A DNA stretch of 64,000 bases from Pseudomonadota bacterium (GCA_034439715.1 JAWXAY010000027.1:9199-73198), one strand, 5' to 3'. Counted from the stretch's first letter, positions 46,053-55,487 are shown. Translations and numbers: made by a program. Notes: generated by a model not told the origin, from the letters alone.

Positions 46053-46790
46053 TTGACGGCCTCAATACACTTTACTAAAAACGTCACTAATATGAAAGAA
46101 AACGAAAATTCTGGAGTCATAACATCCGAGATTTCTCAGGCACTTGCTGCTCACTGTTCATTACCGAGCGCACTCATTCGGGACCCCAACCTTGATGTAT
46201 CTGCGTTCATTGCTTTGCGCACTGATCCCGTATCCGGCAACATGTGTAACCCCACACCGGGACAGAGAAAACATTTAAAAAGGACATCCAAAATCTCAAT
46301 GGATCTTCGCAACACAATTTTATTGCCGAGACCTGTTCCCCTTCGGATCATACTAGCGGAGATGCATGAGTTTTATCTGGATCTGTCTAATCAGGACATA
46401 ATTGAGAAAGGCGCTTGGCCGACAATTCAGAAAATCCTAGCCACAAATCCAGACAAGTGGGATGTCCTTGATTTTAGCCACAATAAACGTCCGATTGAAA
46501 AAATAGAAGAATTGGCCAGAGCTAAAGTCTCAGAAAAGCGCCATCGTGGCGAGGTTTGGCTAGGGAAAGCCCCATATATTGATCGAATAAGAGTAATTTA
46601 TCCATATCTATTAATGAAAAACTTTGAAGATGTTAAAAATCGACTGTTAGCACTTAATAAGAACGCAAAAATACGATTCCCTTGCTTTGACCCTCGCCTT
46701 CTAAAATGTTTTGAGGCTGAAATTATGCTTTCTTTTTATGTGAAGAAAATTAATACACGCGATCTTTTGCGAAACATTTTTAATATTTAA
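46053..46790 (+). CDS. Hypothetical protein (start may be ATG 46091)
   Basis: 245-aa ORF, no motif recognised. Confidence 0.6.
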   Translation: MTASIHFTKNVTNMKENENSGVITSEISQALAAHCSLPSALIRDPNLDVSAFIALRTDPVSGNMCNPTPGQRKHLKRTSKISMDLRNTILLPRPVPLRIILAEMHEFYLDLSNQDIIEKGAWPTIQKILATNPDKWDVLDFSHNKRPIEKIEELARAKVSEKRHRGEVWLGKAPYIDRIRVIYPYLLMKNFEDVKNRLLALNKNAKIRFPCFDPRLLKCFEAEIMLSFYVKKINTRDLLRNIFNI

Positions 46791-46954
46791 GTCCCTTTTG
46801 TTCGTTGCTCCATCAGACAGGGCACATATAAGTAATTGAAACCATTGAGCATCAGGCCAGTATTCTTTTCATGCAATTTAAAATCTACCAAACCTCCTCC
46901 TAAAAAAATTTCATAATATATTCTAAGCACAATTTATTTCCAAGGAGGAAAAAA

Positions 46955-47167
46955 ATGAATTTTAAACTTTTAATGGCTTTAAAAGGTCAAAATATGACGT
47001 CATGGCAGGTCGCCCTAGCGTCAAAAATAAGCTCGAGTCGCTTTTCAAGAATACTGAACTTTCCCGAGGCGGTGAAACCCACCAAAACAGAGGCTCAAAG
47101 CATCGCAAAAATACTTGGTGTGCCTGTCAACGAACTTTTTTCTGAGTTTCAGGAGGAAAAAAAATGA
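46955..47167 (+). CDS. Cro/XRE-like HTH protein
   Basis: SD AGGAGG. VALASKISSSRFSRILN...IAKILGVPVNELF. Confidence 0.8.
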   Translation: MNFKLLMALKGQNMTSWQVALASKISSSRFSRILNFPEAVKPTKTEAQSIAKILGVPVNELFSEFQEEKK

Positions 47168-47370
47168 GTCGCAACAATTTTAAAAAACAGTATTCAGGAA
47201 ACCTCTCTGCCGCTAACTACCACATAGATATGGCTTTTAAGATTCTAGAAAGCGTTTCCCTTGGCCTAAATGAACATCTGATCTCAGATAATTACACTCA
47301 AATTATGTCTGGTAAGGAAAAGTGCAATAGTTTGATTCAAGACCTGAGGGATTCAAATGAAAAACAATGA
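47164..47370 (+). CDS. Small hypothetical protein
   Basis: ATGA-coupled to the previous gene, SD AGGAGG. Confidence 0.6.
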   Translation: MSRNNFKKQYSGNLSAANYHIDMAFKILESVSLGLNEHLISDNYTQIMSGKEKCNSLIQDLRDSNEKQ

Positions 47371-48670
47371 TTCAAACTGGCCCTCACCTCCCAGCGAAAT
47401 GGCTTACTGGGGGCTCGCTGGTCAGATAGTCAAAACTATTGAGCCGCATACCGAAGCTGACCCCGTAGCACTTTTAATTCAGCTCTTGGCTGCCTTCGGT
47501 AATGTCGTAGGTCGTAATCCCTGTTTTATGGCTGAAGCTGATCGACACGGTACAAACTTGTTTGTTGTGAATGTGGGTCTGACCGCAAAGGGGCGAAAGG
47601 GAGTTTCATGGGGTCACATATCACGACTATTTGAGCGAGTATGTCCCGAATGGCACTCAAACAATATAAAAAATGGTCTCGCGTCGGGCGAAGGGGTTTT
47701 ATGGGCCATCAGAGACCCAGTGATTTCATCAAAAGACGAAACTACTGACGCCGGAGTGCCCGACAAGCGCTTACTATGTATTGAGTCCGAATTTGCCACG
47801 ATCTTGAAACTTGTAAGTAGAGAGGGAAACATTCTGTCGCCAATTTTACGTGAAGCATGGGACGGCAAAACATTATACAGTTTAACTAAAAACAGCCCTC
47901 TTAAAGTTACGTCACCACATATTTCAGTCATTGGGCATATTACCAAGATCGAGCTAAATAGATTTCTTAACCAAATTGAAATTTCTAATGGCCTAGGTAA
48001 TAGATTTTTATTCTTTTGCGTTCACCGTTCAAAATGTCTCCCAGATGGCGGTAAGCTCGAAGACCGCTTTATCGACCAAATGGCTGATGAGCTGAGATCA
48101 TCTGTGAAATATTCTCACGAAATAAAAGAATTAAAACGTAACGACGAGGCAAATAATCTTTGGCGATCAATTTACGCGAAGCTCTCCGAAGGGCGAATGG
48201 GCATTGCTGGCTCAATTTTAGGGCGATCAGAGGCTCAAGTGATGCGATTGGCAACTATAACTGCGTTACTAAATCGTAAATCTGAAATTACCAGGGAATG
48301 CCTTGAGGCAGCCTTGGCGATATTTGAATATTGTGAACGGTCAGCGATGTATTTATTTGGAGACTCCCTCGGAGACCCCACGGCAGACACACTCTTGTTC
48401 GAAATTCGCAATAACCCAGATGGCCTGAGCCGAACCGTAATCAGAGATCTCTTTAATCGTAACAAGTCTAAAGGCACAATTGAGGGCTCACTTAGGCTTT
48501 TAGAACAGAGCGGATTTATCGAAAAAATAATACTGCCCGGAGTTAAGCCCACCGAAATATGGATCCCAGTAAGTACGACCAAGACGACAAAGACGACCGA
48601 CCTAATAGAGTCCAGCCCACCAATGTCGTCAACATCGTCAATGTCGTTACCCCCAGGCGGTAACCAATGA
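47357..48670 (+). CDS. DUF3987/YfjI-family replication-associated NTPase
   Basis: IEPHTEADPVA, P-loop-like VGLTAKGRKG, LASGEG, ESEFATIL, LREAWDG, NGLGNRFLF, C-terminal wHTH. Confidence 0.8.
   Translation: MKNNDSNWPSPPSEMAYWGLAGQIVKTIEPHTEADPVALLIQLLAAFGNVVGRNPCFMAEADRHGTNLFVVNVGLTAKGRKGVSWGHISRLFERVCPEWHSNNIKNGLASGEGVLWAIRDPVISSKDETTDAGVPDKRLLCIESEFATILKLVSREGNILSPILREAWDGKTLYSLTKNSPLKVTSPHISVIGHITKIELNRFLNQIEISNGLGNRFLFFCVHRSKCLPDGGKLEDRFIDQMADELRSSVKYSHEIKELKRNDEANNLWRSIYAKLSEGRMGIAGSILGRSEAQVMRLATITALLNRKSEITRECLEAALAIFEYCERSAMYLFGDSLGDPTADTLLFEIRNNPDGLSRTVIRDLFNRNKSKGTIEGSLRLLEQSGFIEKIILPGVKPTEIWIPVSTTKTTKTTDLIESSPPMSSTSSMSLPPGGNQ
48575..48647. repeat. Converging 9-bp-periodic iterons (putative origin)
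   Basis: ACGAC at 48575, 48584 and 48593. Inverted GTCGT/ATCGT/GTCGT at 48625, 48634 and 48643. Confidence 0.6.
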
Positions 48671-48882
48671 ACAAATTAATCACACCAGACAATCTTTCTG
48701 AACTGTTACAGGTGCCTAAATCCTGGATCTATGAAAATGCAAAGTCGGGCAAAATCCCATCAATCCGACTTGGCAAATACGTTAGGTTTGACCTCGATGC
48801 CGTACAAAAGGTACTAAACCAACAGACCCAAGGATCTTTGAAAATTGAGGCTATAGAATATCGTCGGAAAAGTAAGCCATAG
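48667..48882 (+). CDS. Excisionase-type HTH protein
   Basis: LITPDNLSELLQVPKSWIYE..KSGKIPSIRLGKYVRFD. Confidence 0.88.
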   Translation: MNKLITPDNLSELLQVPKSWIYENAKSGKIPSIRLGKYVRFDLDAVQKVLNQQTQGSLKIEAIEYRRKSKP

Positions 48883-48894
48883 AAAGGAATTTTT

Positions 48895-49950
48895 ATGGCT
48901 AAAGTTAGACAATCCAATTCTGGTAAGTGGTTTGTTGATTACCGTGTTGGAGCTACTCGTTTTAGACCCGAGTTTGCTACTAGACGTGAAGCTGAGCAAT
49001 TTATAAGAGACCTACGCTTACGACCGCTGGATCAAGCGCTTGGCTACGCTCCGCTTAAGTCAGCAGGCGTGAACACTTTAGTTGATGACTACAAACAAAC
49101 TGTAAGCATTAACAAGAGTCCGGGTACACAGGAGCTAGAGATAGATATCTTTAAAGAATTTTTGGAGACCTTTAAGGGATCAAGAATTATAGACGTCTCT
49201 CAACAGCAGCTAGAACTTTATCAAGGCAAATTGCGAAGGCGACTCGCGGCTGAAACTGTTAATCGGCATTTCACGACTCTTAGACACTTTTTTAATAGGT
49301 GTGTTGACTGGGAGTATTTGCATAAGAGTCCGTGTGCTAAGATTAAAAACCTAAAAAACGATAAACAAAAAGCGAAGCGCATTTTGACAGACAAAGAAAT
49401 CGAATTGGCTTTAAAGTCTTGTCAGCCTTGGCTTGCTGATGTTGTTTTGTTTGGGCTAAAAACAGCGATGAGGCGAAAAGAACTAATATCACTTTGTTGG
49501 AGCGCGATTGATTTGGATGCGAGAATGATTCACATCGAATCATCAGAGGACTTTCACCCAAAAGGGTATAAGCCCCGCTCGCTACCAATGACGAATGAAC
49601 TTTTGATTTTTCTAAAGCAGAAAAAGCAATTGGCGTTTAAACATGGAGTCTGCAAAAAAACAGACAAAGTGTTTTTGAATTCGATATGGCATCCGATTCA
49701 CCCTAAGCAAATGACGAAAGAGATGAATCGAGTTCAACATAGGGAAGGTCTTGAAAAGTTTAGCCCTCACCTACTTCGTCACACGGCTTTGACTAAAATG
49801 GCATCACAGGGGATTAGCCCTGCCGTCATTCAAAGAGTCGCCGGACACGCGGATATTAGAACCACCCAAGCCTACCTTCACCCCGGTGAAAAAGACCTGG
49901 TGCGGGCATTAGAGTCGCTGGTTGACCAACCTAAAAACGCGTTTAATTGA
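48895..49950 (+). CDS. Tyrosine integrase
   Basis: TAMRRKE (R), K in HPKG, HLLRH, AGH, TTQAY (Y). Confidence 0.95.
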   Translation: MAKVRQSNSGKWFVDYRVGATRFRPEFATRREAEQFIRDLRLRPLDQALGYAPLKSAGVNTLVDDYKQTVSINKSPGTQELEIDIFKEFLETFKGSRIIDVSQQQLELYQGKLRRRLAAETVNRHFTTLRHFFNRCVDWEYLHKSPCAKIKNLKNDKQKAKRILTDKEIELALKSCQPWLADVVLFGLKTAMRRKELISLCWSAIDLDARMIHIESSEDFHPKGYKPRSLPMTNELLIFLKQKKQLAFKHGVCKKTDKVFLNSIWHPIHPKQMTKEMNRVQHREGLEKFSPHLLRHTALTKMASQGISPAVIQRVAGHADIRTTQAYLHPGEKDLVRALESLVDQPKNAFN

Positions 49951-49957
49951 ATTTTTG

Positions 49958-50008
49958 TGGGCTGTAGTGGGCAGTGAAATTCGCGGTGACATTCACCTTT
50001 ACTGCCCA
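49958..50008. repeat. Putative integrase arm-type sites
   Basis: TGGGCTGTAGTGGGCAGTGAA at 49958-49978 plus inverted TTTACTGCCCA at 49998-50008. Confidence 0.65.
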
Positions 50009-50046
50009 GCACTCTCGCTAACTTTTTGATTTACCAAAAGAAAATT

Positions 50047-50122
50047 TGGTAGGAGTTGAGGGGCTCGAACCCCCGACATCCACCTTGTAAGGGTGGCGCT
50101 CTACCAACTGAGCTAAACTCCT
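50047..50122 (-). tRNA. tRNA-Val (TAC)
   Basis: 76-nt cloverleaf AGGAGTTTAGCTCAGTTGGTAGAGCGCCACCCTTACAAGGTGG...GTTCGAG...CTCCTACCA with encoded CCA. Confidence 0.97.
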
Positions 50123-50264
50123 ACGCCGTCGTACAAATTAGTGAAAGCGCTAACTTATGTCGAGCAATTCTGCCCAGCGTTACAAGAAGGGTTTAGGCAA
50201 CTCAATGACTTTTCGGTACGCTATTTAACAGTTATTTATCTATTAATGTCTGAGCTAAGAATAT

Positions 50265-51320
50265 ATGACTTTTAAAGTAGCAACTTTTAATATCTGGCAC
50301 GGCCTAAACGGCGACAGTTCTATCAATATGGAAAGCCTTGAACCCAAAGGTCGAAAGTTTTTACGCCTTAATTATCAAAGAGACATCTTAAGAGACCTAG
50401 CAGTTGATTTAGTTTTTTTGCAAGAAGTGAATCCCTGCCCTCGCCTATCAAAAGAGCTCGCAGAGCATTTAAATCTCGATGAAGTTCATCAAATCGATAA
50501 TGCCGGTATAAAACTCTTAGGGTTTGGCTTTCCAAAAAAACTTTTTGGCGGCATCACCATTTTAGCCCAAAGAAACCTGGGCTTAAAGCATGTAGAATCT
50601 GTAAAATTAAGTGGTCCTCGGTTTTCATTTTGTAATGAATTTCTCAGCCTGCAATTGCACGAACATCGCTATTGTTTGATTGTCGAAGTATCTCATCCAT
50701 CCTTTGGCCGAATTTTATGTGCCAACGTCCACTTACATCACGGGTTGGAACTCAGCCTTTCATTAGTTAAAAATATTAATAGCTTGAGAGAGGCTAATCT
50801 GATTTCACAGTCGGATTACGACCAAATCATGGCTATTGGGCGCGCTGCCCAGGAGCGGCGCTTTCATGAAATCAAAACAATGGCTGAAGCATTTAAGCGA
50901 ATACAAGCCGCCCAGAAATATCAGGGCTTGATATTAGCCGGTGACCTCAACTGTTCTGAGGAATCTCAAGAGTGGCAAAATATTATAGATTTAGGTTTTA
51001 GCGATAACAATATAAAGTTAAATGGACCAAATACAAACTTCACATGGAACACCCAGGAAAATAAAGTGAATCATGACCTGGGAAAAAATTTTCATTTTCC
51101 TTGGTTTCTCAATAAAAAATTTACTGATTTAGCCGCCCGAGATAATTTACGACTAGCCCTTATGGACAATGAATTTCGCAAACGTCGCATTGATTATATC
51201 TTTTCTAAGGGAGATATTGACAAGGCATTGGTGTCCAGCATTCTTTTTGCCGATCGCCCAAACAAAAATGAGCTCGTTGCTTCCGACCATTTTGGTGTAG
51301 TCAGTGAGTTTAAGTTTTAA
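50265..51320 (+). CDS. Endonuclease/exonuclease/phosphatase (EEP) family protein
   Basis: ATFNI, LQEV, NVHLHH, LAGDLN, RIDYIF, SDHFGV. Confidence 0.9.
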   Translation: MTFKVATFNIWHGLNGDSSINMESLEPKGRKFLRLNYQRDILRDLAVDLVFLQEVNPCPRLSKELAEHLNLDEVHQIDNAGIKLLGFGFPKKLFGGITILAQRNLGLKHVESVKLSGPRFSFCNEFLSLQLHEHRYCLIVEVSHPSFGRILCANVHLHHGLELSLSLVKNINSLREANLISQSDYDQIMAIGRAAQERRFHEIKTMAEAFKRIQAAQKYQGLILAGDLNCSEESQEWQNIIDLGFSDNNIKLNGPNTNFTWNTQENKVNHDLGKNFHFPWFLNKKFTDLAARDNLRLALMDNEFRKRRIDYIFSKGDIDKALVSSILFADRPNKNELVASDHFGVVSEFKF

Positions 51321-53320
51321 GCGGCAGTACGAATAGATTTTTCGATCAGTGATTGATTCAATATGTTGGGAACAGCAATTTCAATTATCGTTCCTTTTCC
51401 CAGCACAGAGGAAATTTTTACCCAACCACCCATTTTGGTCGCTTCATATTTAATGGCATCAAGACCTACTCCGCGCCCTGATATTTCGGTCACCACGTCT
51501 CGGGTTGAAAGTTGGCTAATAAATACATTCTGCAATATTTCTTCGTCAGTGTCCGATTTCGCAACCGGAAGCCCCATAGAAAGCATTTTTTCGCGGATTC
51601 TGTTGGGGTCAATCCCACCCCCATCGTCTTCAATAATAATTTTTATCCAATCCTTGCCTTCCACCTTTAGCTCTTCAAAAGTGCAAAGAATAAGGCCAGT
51701 AGGCGGCTTGCCTGATCTTACGCGCTCTTCTGACGGCTCGATCCCATGATCTACGGCATTTCTAAAAGCATGAAGTAGCGTCGCATTGAGACTCGAAAAA
51801 TTCTCCGGAAATATTTTGGCCATGGCATTCCTAAAAATAATAGGGCTGACTTGCTTATTGAGCAAAGTGGCGCATGACAATACGACCTCGTCGTAATGAG
51901 CCAGTGAATTTATAATAGGCTCACAAAATAAATGCTTGGCCCAAAAATTCACTCTTTCATCGGCATCTTTTATTTGCAGTCCTTTAGAAATCAAATTCCA
52001 CAGTTCTTCTATAGATATCTCAATCTGTCGTGACTGAGAAGTCCCAAAAGATCCGATTATTTCTTCATTTTGTTTTAAAAATACATCAAGGGTGTCACAG
52101 ATCTGTTGATAATAGTTTTCTAACTGCTGAAACTCTTCCTTCATTAATATGTCACCTTGATTTTTTATGGTGACTAGCCAGTCTTCCATTTCGTGACAAA
52201 CCTCGGCCAAGTAAGTTATCGAAAATGTCGCCGCTCCTCCTTTTAAAGTGTGAAGCGCTCTTAAGAAAACTGCTAGTGGGCTTGTGTAATCAAGAACGAA
52301 GTCATTTCCAGAGTCGCCGAGGTCCTTCTTAAGATCTGCCAATCCGGTGCCTAACCCCCCGATCAATAGCTTTGCGTCCTTTACAAAAGTAAAGAACTGA
52401 CGACGATTGCGTGTAATTCTTGTGACCATTTTTACAAAATTTCTCTCTCGATCGGCCTCAGACTTTGCCCTCATCTCTTCGGTTTTGTCAGTAGCCACTA
52501 GTACGATACTAGAGATTTTCTGATCATCATTTCGAATTGGTGAGAAATCGAGTTCAATATGCCGTCCCGAGGTCGTGGGTAGTTTTCTGGGACCCAAATC
52601 CTTAACCGAATCAAATGGAATCGTCTCTGAAAACAAATGACCCATCCACATTTTAAAGGTGTCCAACTCGGCTTTGTCGACTCTCAAAATGTCTTGAATC
52701 CACAAAAAGGGTGCCGCTGCCTCAAACAAATCTTCACACGCCTTCGAATGAATAGGTAATATATTTCCCTGTTCATTGAACACCAATAGACCTTGTCCAA
52801 GACTGTTTAAAATAGCTTTTAGGGTTGAATTAGTTTTGTTAAGCGCACTGGTGCGCTGTCGAACCATGAACTCTAAATTTTTGGAGTACTGTTCTAACTG
52901 GGTTGAGGCATCCTGCAGCTGAGTAATCATACCTTCTTTTTCTGTCAATTGAACTCGGTATTTACCCTGTAATTTATTTTCAAGAGTCATGTCTCTTAGG
53001 GTGACTGCCCAGTGGGATTCAGTGCCAACTTGGTCTGGCACTTTTTGAAGTGAAACCTTAACTATACACTCTCTGTTCGCGGCAGAAGTAAGTTTCCGCT
53101 CCACATAGGGCGTCGGCTCCAGAGTAGAATCTAGCAGCTTTGTATCCAATAAAAAGCCTTCATCAAAACTGATAAGCTTATTCAATGCTTGACCTGAGGT
53201 CATTCGACGAAGGGAAACGCCAACGAGATTGGCCGCAGATTCATTGCAGTAAACAATGGTAAGCTGCCGATCCACGACAAATATAGCGTCAAGAAACGAA
53301 TCAAATATTTTATATTCCAA
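51317..53320 (-). CDS. CheA-like kinase (PAS, coiled coil, PAS, HPt, HATPase; no CheW domain)
   Basis: Probable TTG start at 53320 (SD AAGGGA). HPt LHTLKGGA, LLHAFRNAVDHGIE, DDGGGID, ISGRGVGLD. Confidence 0.85.
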   Translation of the reverse strand: MEYKIFDSFLDAIFVVDRQLTIVYCNESAANLVGVSLRRMTSGQALNKLISFDEGFLLDTKLLDSTLEPTPYVERKLTSAANRECIVKVSLQKVPDQVGTESHWAVTLRDMTLENKLQGKYRVQLTEKEGMITQLQDASTQLEQYSKNLEFMVRQRTSALNKTNSTLKAILNSLGQGLLVFNEQGNILPIHSKACEDLFEAAAPFLWIQDILRVDKAELDTFKMWMGHLFSETIPFDSVKDLGPRKLPTTSGRHIELDFSPIRNDDQKISSIVLVATDKTEEMRAKSEADRERNFVKMVTRITRNRRQFFTFVKDAKLLIGGLGTGLADLKKDLGDSGNDFVLDYTSPLAVFLRALHTLKGGAATFSITYLAEVCHEMEDWLVTIKNQGDILMKEEFQQLENYYQQICDTLDVFLKQNEEIIGSFGTSQSRQIEISIEELWNLISKGLQIKDADERVNFWAKHLFCEPIINSLAHYDEVVLSCATLLNKQVSPIIFRNAMAKIFPENFSSLNATLLHAFRNAVDHGIEPSEERVRSGKPPTGLILCTFEELKVEGKDWIKIIIEDDGGGIDPNRIREKMLSMGLPVAKSDTDEEILQNVFISQLSTRDVVTEISGRGVGLDAIKYEATKMGGWVKISSVLGKGTIIEIAVPNILNQSLIEKSIRTAA

Positions 53321-53348
53321 AACTATTCCCTTGATTATCCTCAGCTTT

Positions 53349-53474
53349 TTATCGGATTTCTTAATGGATTCATAAAGCAAAAAACACCTCAAACTGGACC
53401 AAAGCCTTTGACTGCGACTCAACTAACAAAACTCGTCGTTAGTCAGTAGCGGTGTTAGTGAATAATTCCGATAA
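53349..53474. promoter_or_regulatory. Divergent sigma28-like promoters
   Basis: Minus strand TTTATGAA-N12-TCCGATAA (53349-53376). Plus strand TAGCGGTG-N12-TCCGATAA (53447-53474). Confidence 0.55.
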
Positions 53475-53498
53475 TGCTGTAGTCTGTGAAGGTAAAAA

Positions 53499-54266
53499 AT
53501 GAATTCGTTAGTTAAAAAGCAGGTCTATATTCCCAGCGTGTTGGTAAAAGATTTACCGGCCGATGAAGTCATTAAAATAATCACGGTCAGTCAGGTCGGG
53601 CATGTCGTTCAAAAAAATGGTGTCGATTTTGAATTAGAAAAGCAATTTGTCGATGGCGTTAAGCTAAACTCTTTAAATTATTTTTCTGATCCTCTAAAGG
53701 CGATCCTTGGATCCACCTTAATAAATCAACTTCATATTAAGTTTAAGGAGTCTGTCCAAAAAAAAGAGACCATCGAGAAGGTAAAAGTCTGGGTTAGCAA
53801 TATCAGGGGAGCTAGCCGAATTCAGGATTCCATTTACCTAATTGTCGATGAGCTATTCACAAATGCGATATACAATGCTCTTCCTTTTTTTGTCGGCCTA
53901 CGCGATAGCTTAGATCGAAAAGAAAAAGTGGATCTTACCGATCGAAAGGCTTGTGAAATCTTTGTCGGACACAATGAACATCGTCTTATCTTGGGCTGTT
54001 CTGATTCTTTTGGGTCACTCAACCTAGAGAAACTGTCCAATCAACTTTTGAACACCTATGCCAAAGGAATTGCTGGCTCAATTAAATATGGTAAAAATGG
54101 AGCAGGAATTGGCTGCCGACTCATGTTTGATAACTGCATCAACTTTTACTTGGGTGTCAGAGAAAATGAGCAAACGATTGTGGCACTGGGCCTACCGATT
54201 GGACCAAATGCCAGAGCTATTGACATCAATTTTAAGAATATACATTTTATAATAAATAAGGAATAA
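53499..54266 (+). CDS. RsbW-like HATPase-fold protein
   Basis: IVDELFTNAIYNA, SDSFGSL, GAGIGCRLM. Confidence 0.6.
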   Translation: MNSLVKKQVYIPSVLVKDLPADEVIKIITVSQVGHVVQKNGVDFELEKQFVDGVKLNSLNYFSDPLKAILGSTLINQLHIKFKESVQKKETIEKVKVWVSNIRGASRIQDSIYLIVDELFTNAIYNALPFFVGLRDSLDRKEKVDLTDRKACEIFVGHNEHRLILGCSDSFGSLNLEKLSNQLLNTYAKGIAGSIKYGKNGAGIGCRLMFDNCINFYLGVRENEQTIVALGLPIGPNARAIDINFKNIHFIINKE

Positions 54267-54289
54267 TTTTAATAATAAGGGGAGTTTGC

Positions 54290-54766
54290 ATGGGAGCATT
54301 AAAGATTGGTGAGGATGTTCACGGTGATACAGTCAGTTTGAGCCTAACCGGGCCCATCGACGAGGATGCTAATTTTCCAAATATCGATCTTTCTTCGTTT
54401 CAAGAGGTTACCTTTGACTTCATGAATGTCACTGCTATCAACTCTTGCGGAATTCGCGAATGGATTCGTTGGATTGAAAATATCAAACCTGAAGCCAGAG
54501 TCACTTATAGCAACTGTCCAAAGGTCATTATTGATCAGGTCAACATGGTCGATGGATTTTTGCCAACAAACGCCAAAGTCGGTTCATTTTACGTGCCCTA
54601 CTTTTGTGAAAGCTGCGACAACTTAGACACTACCCTCTACTCAGATCCCGTGGGAATCGCAAATGGTAGTGTTAAGGTGCCACCCCAATTTCCATGCTCT
54701 AAATGCAAACAGGCGGCGGAAATTGATGTTATTGAGGGAAAGTATTTTAAATTTCTCAAAAAGTAG
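54290..54766 (+). CDS. STAS-like protein with C-terminal zinc ribbon
   Basis: LTGPIDE, FDFMNVTAINSCGIREW, CESC...CSKC. Confidence 0.65.
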   Translation: MGALKIGEDVHGDTVSLSLTGPIDEDANFPNIDLSSFQEVTFDFMNVTAINSCGIREWIRWIENIKPEARVTYSNCPKVIIDQVNMVDGFLPTNAKVGSFYVPYFCESCDNLDTTLYSDPVGIANGSVKVPPQFPCSKCKQAAEIDVIEGKYFKFLKK

Positions 54767-54783
54767 TCTTGAAATAGATAATT

Positions 54784-55029
54784 CTAAAGCTGATCTAATT
54801 TTCCTTCATCCTCAAGCGCTTTGAGCTCAGCGTAGCCACCAATAAATGTGTCATTTATAAAAACTTGCGGCACTGTTAAATGCCCCGTTTTTGTTTTCAG
54901 TTCTTCATAAAGGTCCGGCCGATCATCAATTAAAATTTCTTCAAACGCGATCCCTTTGTTTTGCAGAAGCCTCTTGGCCGATACGCAATAGGGACATACT
55001 TTTTTGGAATACATTAAAACTTTACTCAT
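54784..55029 (-). CDS. grxC: Glutaredoxin 3
   Basis: CPYC, TVPQVFI, IGG. Confidence 0.92.
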   Translation of the reverse strand: MSKVLMYSKKVCPYCVSAKRLLQNKGIAFEEILIDDRPDLYEELKTKTGHLTVPQVFINDTFIGGYAELKALEDEGKLDQL

Positions 55030-55487
55030 GTTGAAACCCCCGTACTGCCAAACCCTCCCGCCCCTCGCGATGTCTCGGTCAGTTCAGTTACCAATTCAAA
55101 GTCTACCTGGTAGACCGGACAAAGTACTAATTGCGCGATTCGATCTTGGTCCTTTACCTCAAAATTCTCTTGGCCAAAGTTTACGATAATTATTTTAACT
55201 TCCCCCCGGTAATCGGCATCTATGGTACCCGGCGTATTCAATAATGAGATTCCTTTTTTAATGGCAAGTCCACTGCGGGGCCTTGCCTGGATCTCATAAC
55301 CGTGTGGGATCTCAAAAGATAATCCCGTCGGCACCATTTGCCTCTCGCCGGGTCTCAGGACAATAGATGCATTGAGGCAGGCCCTTACATCAAAACCGCT
55401 AGCTAACTGAGACTCATAACGTGGTAATTCGCCCTTGTAGTTTTCCAAAGTTTTAATTTTAATTTTAATTTTGCTAACTGTTATCAT
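55026..55487 (-). CDS. dut: dUTP diphosphatase
   Basis: SGFD, RPRSGLA, GTIDADYRGE, RIAQLV, RGAGGFGSTG. Confidence 0.97.
   Translation of the reverse strand: MITVSKIKIKIKTLENYKGELPRYESQLASGFDVRACLNASIVLRPGERQMVPTGLSFEIPHGYEIQARPRSGLAIKKGISLLNTPGTIDADYRGEVKIIIVNFGQENFEVKDQDRIAQLVLCPVYQVDFELVTELTETSRGAGGFGSTGVST

Larger units (their letters stand above)
42627..50094. mobile_element. 7.5 kb tRNA-Val-integrated element, phage-satellite/PICI-like
   Basis: Flanking 54-bp direct repeats, tyrosine integrase, excisionase, DUF3987 protein, HTH genes, TerS-like gene, no virion genes. Confidence 0.88.

Noticed and set aside
53321..53422. N-terminal extensions in the ORF track (also at 6080, 9337, 10975, 30626, 36990, 59259, 63529)
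   Set aside because: Downstream starts have better SDs or gene coupling, and several extensions overlap promoters or neighbouring genes.
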